From Pocillopora damicornis (Eukaryota): a DNA stretch of 64,000 nucleotides. Under the pieces are notes generated by a model. That model was not told the origin of the DNA, did not search any database, and saw only the letters and a program-made list of their open reading frames with translations. Every line of letters begins with the position of its first letter. The stretch's first letter is position 1. Shown here piece after piece: positions 49,401-61,400 of this stretch. The stretch lies in the NCBI RefSeq assembly GCF_003704095.1, contig NW_020845961.1:186001-250000 (forward strand), given 5' to 3'. A program made the translations under genes and the position numbers.

Positions 49401-52400
49401 CCGTCAATGTAGATTTTTAAAACTCCGCTCATTTGTACTTCGCCCCAGCTGGCGCAAACATGGTGCCATTTGTCGTCAATTATGGAGGTTGATATATTCC
49501 TAAAAAGTGAGATAACGTGTTTCATTAAAAAAATCAGTGTGACGTCTGACTTCTGACGTTCGGAAACAAAATAGACCAAAGTATTGTGATTTAAAGTAAA
49601 CTTTCTAATGGAATCATAAAGTAGCCAGTTAAAACAAGCAAGGGGAGTGAAAGCTTCAGCTAGTTCTAGGGCTAGGATTTCCTAAGGTCGGAAGAGATAA
49701 CCAAGTCACCCCTTATAATCAATGCTCTTGAGCGCCGAAAGGCCTCGTCATTGCCACCTTCTCAGAGGTGCTCTTAGGCTGATGGCGGTTGGAAACCTCC
49801 ACCGTATGTCTCAAGTAATAGCTGATGATTGACGCGCATGAAGAATGATTGACGCGAATCGTCTGTTTGCGCGGGTGGGCATGCAGAGACTGTTACGGAA
49901 ACTAAACAAAGAAGTGTACTTTTTCCTGAAGAGGAGACAAAGAACATTGCTGAGCTCACGTCTTACAGTTTGCGACTCCTATACTCAATCCGCACACTCC
50001 AAGAGAATAGAAACTGTTTATATTCTCTTGGTACATACATATATCCCAACCAGTATTCATTCTTGGATTTTGAAAACTGAAGCACTGACTTGGGGATGGT
50101 AAATTGAAACAAACAACAATCTGTTCTACTCACCATTCTTTCTCATGTAATCCAATTTTCAGCAGAGCAGATTGAAAGACTAGTTGAAGTGAAGTCTTCC
50201 CTCGACACTCGCCAGTGTTTTGCCTATACTCGAGTTGCAGCTCCGGGAATTCGGTTCTAATCCACACACACAGTGTACCCTTGGTTAAATCCTTCTGGAG
50301 CCATTTCTTAACATGCATGCTTTGGCATATTGCATCAAAACGTAGCACTTTAACAGAGGAGGAAAACGAGAGGAGAAGAAAATTTTAACTGCTATCCACA
50401 ATGTGAAGTAAAGTAAAATTACCTCAGAATTTGCAAGGTTCTACCTAGTTATAGCGGCGTTTTTCTTGGTAAAAGGATGACTTTTATTCATATATCACTT
50501 CAGTCTTTGCTTAAATGTAGCGTGTAGTACATGTTTATGTTCATCGTAATTAAGTAAATAAATTTAAAAGAAATAAGCTCTTGAGTAGACGGACTATCAC
50601 CAATGAGCTGCACCAAAAAAATGGGATATACGCCCTAAACTTAAACAATGTCGTAAAAGAGTCTTCGCTGGGCTCATATAATGGGGGAGGGGGGGAGGGG
50701 TGGGGTGGAGGAGAAAGGGAAAAAATTAGAAAATACTAAAACGTTAAAGGCATTCTTTTCGAACACCTCTGCATTCCAGTTTCTAAACAGTTGTACGTAG
50801 AATTTTACTATATGTCAAGAACCATCGTTTTATGCTCTAGTCATCCCGACTCCTTTTTACGTGCGATGGTTTTTTTTTAAACGGTAACAAGTCAGAGATG
50901 GCGAGGAAGGCATGTAAGTAACGATATTGATTTGAGAACATATCTATGGGTGATCTACGTAAACGTAACCATTGAAGGGTTTGTAAGTAGGCGGGGACTT
51001 ATAATTAGCCTTAGTATCATAAGAAACAATTACCACTTTGTGAACTTTCAGTCACATTATCTTGTAAGTTTTCGAGAAGTTTTTTAACTTCAGAGGAAGA
51101 GACAAGTCTCCACGTAGCGTCACCAGGGGTACTGGTCCAGTTCTCAAGTTTTACACAATTTTTACAGCCTTTTGATGAATAAAAAGATAGATTAACCCTT
51201 AAACTTCCATGAGTGACCAAGACAGAATCTCTCCTTGCAATATCAATACGATATCAAGCAGACAAGTGATGAGAATAAAGAAAAACATTAATTGGGGAAT
51301 TATTAGTTGATCCAATACCAAATTCTCCAAACTAAAATCACAAGAACTATATGGCAGACAGTAAGGAGAATTACTAATGAGATCATGGGAGTTAAAGGGT
51401 TAATGAAGTTAAAACAAATACTGAAAAGAAGACAAATCAGTGAAAAACTTTTCAAAAAACAGTTCCTACTCTGTTTGTCGGTGAATGGTATTTTCTCGCA
51501 TTTTTCCGGCGAAAATGAGACATCATCAATTGCAAACATCACTTTTCCGCTGGAGCTTACTGTTCCCCTGAAGGAAATCTTAAGTAAAAAAAAAAAAAAA
51601 CACCTTAAATTATTATCTGATTCACAGTGCATACGTTCAGCAAAGTTCATTAGACAGACACCTACTGGTTTAGTACTACTTGAAACGACGTAGTTTACCA
51701 CAAACCGTCCAAATATGAATGCGAAGGTTGTATCATTCTTTTGGAACTCTCTTTGAGTGATAGCTGTTGCTGATAGCAAATCTTTGATTTCAGGCACTTT
51801 TTAAGTCTTCTCCTTACCCTCTACCTTTGGCAAACGCAAGGGCCTACCACTCAGTACGCTGGATTTTGGATTGGAAGGTCTTTAAGCTTTGGCCGAGGCA
51901 TCATTGTTGTACTGTGTCCATGGACAAGACACTTCACTCTTACGGTGTGTGCCTTTCTGCAGCCAGTGACAGCGACAGAGACAGGTGCAGAGACAAAGAC
52001 GATGACCGTAACAGTGACAGAGACGATGGCAATGACAGTGACAATAACAGTGACAGTTAAAATAAGATTGACAGTTGACAATGACAGTCCAGAAATAGTG
52101 ACAATAACAGTGACATTGACAGTGATTGCGACAGGGTCAATGATAGTGACAGCAACAAAAGAGTGACTGCAAATGGTAATCACATGATCATTTCACAGAA
52201 ATGATACTGACCTTGGCCCTTACATCTCTGTATTTATCCAATGTGAGAGGAAGCTGTACAAAAATCCAGTGGTCACTTGTGTTATCCGGGACCGAGAGAA
52301 GTTCTTCCGACGTCTCATTTTTATTTGGGTTCAAATGCACAACCAAGACCTCTATTTTATAAGATAAAGAAGAGGTCTTTCTGCAGTTGCAAATGTAATA

Positions 52401-55400
52401 CCAAAAGCGCATACACTTCCAGTTGTTTGAGGGCCCAGTAACGTTTGTAGAAATTGTTGCTGGAAAATCGTTTTTACCTCCGATGAAACAAACGAAGTTT
52501 CCTGTTAGGAAACAAAATGTATCAAGATTCAGCTTAGACTTAATCCCTTTTTTCTACTGCTTCCCGAACTTAAGCTAAAAAATAAGAAAAGCTCTTACAC
52601 AAACCTGAATGAGTAGAAAGTTTTCTAATAAAATGGTCTTCTTCGGCAAGCGCCCAAACCTTAAACAGCGCGTCGAAATATGTGCTTTGTTTTTAGTGCA
52701 ATCTTGAAAGCATTAGAAAACTTTTAAAAGTCCTTACTTCCACCTTAAGACAGCAAGCCTACTCATCTTAAAGAATCTATGCAATGTTCATGCCACAGAG
52801 TTTTACATATGGCAGAATTAGTATTTTGAACCTATCTTGTTCGCAGATGCTAGGAGATTGAGTATGTCACGAACAACCCATAAAAGTTGCATTCAGGTCA
52901 CAAATTTCACGTTAGCTGAAATCTGTAATGCAAAATTTGAATAATTTTGCTCGCATTTGGCATCACGAGCGAGTTTAACTGGAGAAGACGAAAGCCTTAT
53001 TATATGCCAAATCACAGATGCATAACATGGATGGTCTGTAAGTGAAGCTAAAGGTGTCCTCGATTGCATTTGTCTAGAAAAAATGAAGGTAGTCACCCTC
53101 GTTTCCATGCGTTTTAGAGTTTTGAGTCCTCATTGTTGCCTTGTGCCAAACAACTTTATCCTTAGTTACTGGTCGTTGTGATGACTTTGGGTTTTAGCCA
53201 ATTAATCGAAAACTGTAAAATGCGTAACATAAAATTGGTACTAAACCATCTTATCGTCATATTTTTAATCAATGTCAGTGAAAATTATTGTGAATTTTCA
53301 CATATCTTACCAGGATTTTTTGCTCGAAATCTATCATGACTACAAATCTTTTTTGAGGAGTTCCAGCTTAGTCGCCATTCTTCATCTCCTTTCCAACCAC
53401 ATTTCGTTCTCTCAAAATAGCACCCCGGGTTTTCTGAAAAAAAAATTTTAAAAAAAAACTATATTTGTGAGGAAAACATACTGAAAATGCTGAATCCTAA
53501 GAAAAGAGCATCACAGCCTAGGTCCTGTGTGCGGGAGACATATACTACTGACCCTTGAATCATGAGTCCCCTGGACTAACCTGTGGGGGTTGGGGGAGGG
53601 GGAAGGGAAGGACGGGGGAATCAGGGGACCGCCACCTTCACTTTTTCTTCCCAGAAGTATGAACAATTTGTAAGGGAGGTGTATTCCTGTAAGCCTTCAA
53701 ATCTGTAATCACCGTACGGAAATTCATACTTTGTGATTGGATTGTTTTACGTTACGCGGTCGCTTCTGTCTTGATTCTTAATATCTGTGGTTGACAAATT
53801 TGCCGCTTCTGCTTTCATGTTCAAATTACCATTTAAGGACATTTTACTCACTTTCCGAATGATTCCGTGTTTCATAAGACTGCTTTTCTACTGCTGGAAG
53901 GGAATTTCAACTTAATTAGTATGGTGGTAGGGGGTCAATTGGGAGCGGTAATGTAACATTCATAAAGTGGTCTTACGTGTCCTTAAAGGATCTGCGTCAT
54001 AGTATTCTGAGTAGGTTCTTTGTTACGTGAGAAACAACTTTGAACAGGAAGAAGGTCACATACTTCTAGCTCGGTAAAATAGGAAAAAAATAGGTGGCAA
54101 TGATAAACCTGAAGATGTCATTTAACCTTTCAACCCTTAACTTAACCCTGTCATAAACATCAAGTCGTTACGCTGCTTTAATATTTCACGTGAGTATTAC
54201 AGTGTTGCAGACTGTATGGGAATCCATAATCTTTGATAGAAATAGTGAGAGCCCTTTATACTTAAGATTCAGTAGCAATCGGGTCGGACGCAAATCCTTG
54301 TTTCTATCTCTATTGTTTTGAAAGATCTTATCAGTCACGATTTCAGGGTTATTGGTGGAAATTTGACAGTTGTTAGTGTAGTCGATTGCACTGCTGTATG
54401 AAATAAAGGATAGCTGCATACCAGTGGTAACTGACAGTGTAGATCGTAGTAATGAAAAACGAGGGGACAAAATTTGATTCATTACCTTGTTGTGGCTTAA
54501 GAGTCTGATTCCCGCAGCTCAAGTTGTTGAGTGGGCACCTGGAAGACTCTGTGGAGGATTGTTTAAGAATAACGATTCTTCAGCGTCGGTACAAGTTACT
54601 AGTGTTGATTGTCTAAGTAAACCAGTTTGCTGTTGCATGCATGACCTAGGACTCGCAAGTCCATTACCCTAGCCATTCGGACATTCGGTGGTTAAATTAA
54701 AAGCAAGTCACAAACAAATATCCGAAGCGTGGAAACCGTTTTGAAAATTTGGTATGCTACAGAACGTTTGATAAAATCGAGCTCCACTTTTAACAAAAAG
54801 TTAATTGCCTTTTACCATGGAAAAGCGAAAAGATTTGATAACTTAACATACAGATAAAAAGGTTCTCAGAGGGCAAATATTCTGGACAGCGGGGAACATT
54901 TAGAACCCCCAAAAAACTATATTGTGATGCAAATATGATGCAAATATGACAGTATGGGAAGAGGGCGAAGATACTCGAAATCTTACTCACCGCAAATTGA
55001 TGGCTTGTGAGTTTTATCCTGACAACCATTGGAGTCCTGACAAGTTTCTGACCACGGAATGAAACTTCCGTCCACACACTGGAATTTTTTGTTCTCGCTT
55101 GAATCTGTGTAATCAAGAGTACGTATTAGTACATAGTTGGTTGGGAAACTGCTATCGTCCTGAAGAGATTTACGAGCCTGTTTAATTTCTAAGTTTTTAT
55201 AATTGCCCAAAGACATCTTATTACAAGTTCAGTCTGGGAAATAAATATTGCTATTATATCAAATTAGTTGATGACAAATATTTTCATCAGGAAGATTCTC
55301 CGTAATTGATAGATTCTTTGGCTACGGAAAACATGTCGAAACACCGCTATTTCTTGAGAAAGTTGGGAAGTTTGAAACTTGCTTTGGCTCCGTGACAAAT

Positions 55401-58400
55401 GTTTGAAGCGACTAGGAAAATGGAATCCAAAAAGGAGCATCAATGGTTACGGATGAAGAAGAAGGGGAACAAACCAATGTGAGTTAAAATCAAAAAGAAG
55501 TGCAACGACAGTAGCAGGTTTTAGGGTAGAAATGGGACACGACAGCTGACCAGCGTACAGTTGAAGTCATATGAATAACTTGGTGATGCAGGGGCACGGA
55601 AAAGAGACCAAAGGATACCAAAAAGGATGATTTGGGAATTTTGACTCAAGTCTTAAACGTCATCCACAAACACAGGGGGTTAATCACGATACACACCTTT
55701 GTAATTTTTGCTACTTCATTTCAAAATTATGTGCACTTACTGCAATGCTTTAACTCATCACTACCATCTGAACAGTCTTCGGTTCCATCACAGAGTTTCT
55801 CAGCGTCAAAACATTTATTACAAAACTTGACTTGTCGTAATTTATCGTTACAGAGCGTCCCTCCTAAAACAAGTATAGCGAGGTGGAATGTTATCTTGGA
55901 GGCAAACGAACTAAAAGATGTTAAAAGTTGTTTTTGTTTTTACAGATTGCATGAATAGTGATGCCAAAGGGACAAAACTTCACTTGGTCCTAATAAAATA
56001 TGATGTATACTCCGCTGCAACATTTCAACTGCAACACCGCTAGCGATGAGTTCTATTAGCGAGAGCGCGTCGCTTCAAGAAGCATGTTGTTTATATTGGT
56101 TAGCTGCTAATGGTGCGTTTCAGCCCGCTGTCCTTGAAGCAGACCGATCTTCATTATCTGTTGTAACGGATTCTTTTTATGAGACAATTCATCATTTCTT
56201 TATCTATCAACTACAGCCTACAACTAACGTACCTTTCACAGCAGAATGTATTTAAAGTGAAATTAATTTTCCACCTAGCTTCACTCGTTTTTCCATCCCC
56301 CTCTGTACCCCATTCACCGAAACATAAAAGTGTAGAAAAAAGCTAACAGGTAACCTGGGATTAATGCCTGCAAATATTCAGGATTTTAATTGAGTCAATG
56401 ATTGTCCTGTTCTCTGTACATTACCCACCTAATGTTGCATTCATAGGTTGTAGCTCGCACTCCAATGTTTTTATTATTACATCATATATCGTCATCCGTC
56501 CCCTTGTACCTGTCTTGCCTTCAAACTGAATCTATAAATTAAAAAAAATGTTTGAAATGAACCGCAAGATCTAAGTTGTAAAGTAGCCTTATAATTATTT
56601 ACTCACACGATGCTTTCGACCAAGCTGATCATAGCAATATGGAGGACGCTTGTTCGACACAAACTGAGTGATGGCTTCGTTTTCAAATAGAGTTATCTGT
56701 GACTTGGTGGTACAGCGCCGGAGCGCAGATCCTGACGGTCTGAGGTTCGATTTCGCGTTGGGATTCTGCTTTTTGGGCTGAGCTTGTAACAAAATGAAGT
56801 AACATCTTTCTTTACATTCAATTTGTCAGGCACGGCCGATCTTTTCATCTGCATTTCTCAGAGTGTGGTCGGACTTATCATAAGTAAATCTTTTACAGGT
56901 GATCAAACATACTGAGCCCTCAAGTCCATAACCTCTAAGAGAGACTATTATCTAATTTTTTCTCACGGTATCGCTGTTTAATCAGACATTGAGGTCATGA
57001 AAATAAAGCGAATGTTCCTTAAACAAACCTAGTGATTGTTCAACAAATTCTCTTTATCAGGTTTCATGAATATGTATTTAAACAGATCATAAAGACTTCT
57101 GCGTTATCCACGTATTGGGGAATGAAAAGATTTTAACGCCCTAAACTGAATTTGTTAAATGAATCAATTCTCAAGTATTGAAGAGCCTATGATATTCAGC
57201 GAAAAATGAATTCTTTTTACCGTGATGTTTTGCTCAGATTTCCAAGAAACTTGAGCGAATGTCGACTTGTTTCCTTGCTCATCTTTTATCGACCACTTTG
57301 GAAATTTCTTCCCATTTGGTTGTACCACAGATACTTTTAAATAAAAAAAGGAGCTGTTGCTTGATGAAGTATTGTATTTGAATTGGAGACATGTTGGTAC
57401 TTTGGAATACGCTTCTTTCCATGGTAATAAAGTGCTTTGCAGCCAAATTTCTTTTCCACCGATACTGAACACTGTTAAAAAAAACAATTGTTAAAAATTA
57501 TTCCTTGGTAAAGTTTTCTTTAAAGTTAAGTTTCGTCATACAAAACTTTGCTTTGATTCAACCTCTAATGGAGCTTTGCAGACGCATCTGCCAACAACTG
57601 TCCTTTCTCAAAGTTATCTGCAAATAACTTAAGAGAAAATGAAATAGCTTCACCAGAATTTTTTTTATTTTTTCCCTCATTTCTAATAATCATCTTTTCA
57701 AAAAAGCGTCGGCGTTTTTTCAATAACAAATTTTGCCTTCTTTACAACTCTCTACTCGATTTCAATCATTTTGACCGAAAGGAATTGAAATCTGATGATG
57801 AAATACCTCCCCCGTTCCATTTGTTCCCTGTAATTGCACTTGTGTTCCACTTGCAAAAGTTACTGGGTGAGGTGCAGTTTTGCAACACGGCAGCTATAGG
57901 ACAGGGGAAATATGACAAAGATAACGAACAAGAGATGAAAAATCAGTCAGTACAGTAACATACGTATGGTTACCTAATATTATCCATAACTTAGTTAGTT
58001 AGAGTGATGAAGTGGTCCTCTGTATCATAGGCTATGCAAAACTTTTCAAATCGGATCAAGGGCCCCTTTCAACCGACACACCTCACACTAACACGGGAAT
58101 GCACTCACCATTCTCTGTAAAAGCCGAAGTTCTCGTACAAAAAAACTTACTTATCTGGTAGATTTATTAGAGGAAAGCATTCAGTTTAATTTTGCGCCAT
58201 TTTCTACTTCATTTTGTCTTTCCCTTTCCCACTTCACTTTTCATGTTTTTTCATTTCCTCTTTTAAAATAACTTGGTACAGAAGTGCTTTTAATTGCGGA
58301 TAGCTAACCCTGCAGCGAAGACGGTGAGGAGGACTTTTTCACGAGATTGACAATATAAATCATCTCATACCTTGAACAGTAATATTTGCCAGAGATTTGT

Positions 58401-61400
58401 GCATGGGTGACAGTTTTCTGCCGTGCTCTACCAGAGAGTAGTTGGCCTGTCAATCCGGATGAACAAATAAGAGTTAAATTCAACTAATGCATAGAGCATC
58501 AAGCTGCCACCAGCGCGGTGACATATCCGTTTTCTTTCCCCCACCCTACCCCCCTCTCTCTTTCTCCCCTTCTCCCCCCCCCCCTTCTCTCTCTCTGCCT
58601 CGCTCTTTCTCCATGAATCAAATTCTATCCACAGTTACTAATTTCAAAGTTCATTATTTGAGAGTGATACTATTGCTTACTAGAACATCGTAGACTCCGG
58701 GATTAACAGCCACTTCCGTCTCAACTTGGAATGATATTTCTTTGCACGTCATCGACAATGAAGAATTTAAGGGAAAGGTTTTATTAAGCAAATGCAAACC
58801 GAGATCCAGCTTACAACTCGGACAGAAAACTCCTCGGCAACAGTATTTGTAAGAACCTTAGGTATAAAAACAATGGAAATACAAGTTATTAAATTGCATT
58901 GATTAGCTTTATAAAGGTTTCTAACTCACAAGAATAAGGCTATTATTTGACGAACACCCTGAGAATGTATGGTTAAAAATAAACTTGCAGACTTAAAGAA
59001 AATCATCACGGCCACCGTAACAAGAAAAGAAAAAACTAAAAAATTCCGAAAAGAGAACAACAGCTTTTTACACGTGTATTTTGAGAAAACTTTGTATATT
59101 TCCTAGCCGCTCTTTATAAAACAGTTGAGTGAAAGTAACAATTAGGTCTCAGTTACCTGGAAACGGTAACCCAAACAGAAAATTAATCCAGCTTTTATTT
59201 GGAACTCACCCTGCTTTCGTGTGCCATAATGAATTGGAGGTCTAGCCCCGTTAGAGAGAGTAATGTCACGGAGTCTTTCGTGAAAGTCCGCATAAAATGT
59301 TAATTCATTTTTTCGATCGAAGATGTCCTTGACGTTACCGTTGTGACTGCTTTATGTCACTGTTCATGAGAGCAGCAGCGGCAACGACGAAGATCGAGAT
59401 GACGACGACACTAACAATAACATCAGCGAAAACAATCATGATAACGATAGCAGTTACGGTGACGGTGACTGTGACGGTGCCGATTAAGATAACGGTAACG
59501 GTAACGGTAACGGTAACGATAACGGTCACGGTAGTAATGATCGTGACGGTGACGGTGACGGTGACGAGTAAGAAAACGTTGACGGGGACGGGGACGTAGC
59601 GACAACGATAATGATGAAGATTATTACAATTACAATAACGATAATGGTAACGGAAATTATAACGATTAAGCTTGCAATAATAACAACTAACTAACCAGCG
59701 ACGCTGAGGCTAGAACCAACTTCTATAGTGGCGTTCTCACTTGGATCGCTTAGCTGTATTTCTAAAGTAGTTTCTCCTGAGAAAGTTCAAAGAAAAATTG
59801 ATTAGAGTCTTGTTAGGCTAAGAGCACTCATAATTGTCGAGATGATTTGCTGAAGTAGACTGAAATCATAAATTCAAGAGTTACGAATTTCAAAAAAGAG
59901 TTAAAAATGTAAATTTAAGGTTTATACCTGGTTTTAACCAGTACAAGTTGTTGCCAGACATCGGTTTTTGTTCTGTTCCGTTGGGAAACTTCACTCCGAC
60001 AGCCAAATGATCATGACGGGAAAAATTGTTGGTCATGAAAACTTCCATTCTGTAAAAATAGCACTCAGAGAGAGACCTGACACCAGAACTTTGATCGATT
60101 GGCCGGCTATTAGGAAGTAATGAAAAATGAAAACTTAAATCAGTCCCCCTTCCTCTAAAATTAATATTCAATTGATTCTTTAAAGTAATCCAGGATTTAA
60201 ATGTTTTTTTCGCCTTTCTTAACCTTTGTTCACTCAGTGATTATTCAAGAAAGTTGAATTACTTTCTGATCAGCCATTAAAATTCTCAAACCAGTGACAG
60301 CTTGGTTAGTTGTGTTTTTCTGCTCCTCGATTTTAATGTCTTTACTCTGAATTATCTTTAGCTCCACTTGTTTTTGTGATAGTCTGCTGTGATAACATTA
60401 CTTTTACTTTTACGATGCTTAATCCGAGAGCCTTTTATGTTCAAACTAGGCAGTAGCCAAACTGCAAACTATTTTTGATGTCAAGCAGCCGTATTCAGAA
60501 ATGATCTCAACAGATTTATCGAATTCGGCCTGGGGAAGTTAACAGAAAGGAAATTTCTCGATAAAGGGTGTGGCGATGTTTTTATTTATTTATCAATTTT
60601 TGTTATGTTTGGTCATTTCTATGAAATCAGGCAGAAAAAGTAAGGACCGAAACTTCTTCACATTTTGCAGTCTCGAATTGGTTTGTTTTCATCACTTCTG
60701 ATCACAAAGTAAGGTGTTGAAACTATGGACCCTAGGTGTTACGTAATTTTGAGGAAGTTGCCTGTTTCACCTGTGCCAGTCTTGAGTTGGCTCGTTTAAC
60801 TGCACCAGAATATTTTTGTCTAAATCTGCGCTCGGGTCTAAGTCGTTCACTGTTACAAGCCATAGCTCACATCTTTCAGCGCAAGTCATATAAAAAGTAA
60901 AGTTTCCACTTCGATTTATCTGTTAAGAAATTGAAATAATAAACCTTACGTAAAAGTGATGTCTAGCCTGACGAGTGTAAATAAATTTCGTTGTAGGTGA
61001 CATATTTATTGAATACCTTCACTAAACGACTGAATTACTACCTGAATTACCAGATGACTGACCTACTGACTAACTGAACTATTGAATGATTTAGTAATTG
61101 ATACACTGACTGACACACGAACAGGTAAACTGACCGATTCGCTGACCGACTCACTGTCCGACAAACTACTCACGACTGACTCAACAACTATCGCTGACTG
61201 AATCACTGACAGCTTGACCAATTCATCAAATGACTCAGGGACTGACTTTTTCTCCGACTGACTGAATGATTGAATCACTATTTCACTTATTAAATGACTC
61301 ACCGACTCACTCACCGAATGTCTGTCTGACTGAATGACTGATGACTGACTGACTGCTGACTCAGTAACAGACTGTAAACAAATGATTGAGCGATTAAGTG

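Noticed and set aside
56695-56775. Possible tRNA gene (also at 1927-2000)
   Set aside because: A/B-box-like motifs are present but the cloverleaf stems do not pair, and SINE-like bodies follow.
59335-59605. T/V-rich and R/H/Y-rich ORFs here and at 51827-52183 and 61063-61314
   Set aside because: They are translations of simple hexamer and tetramer repeats inside introns.
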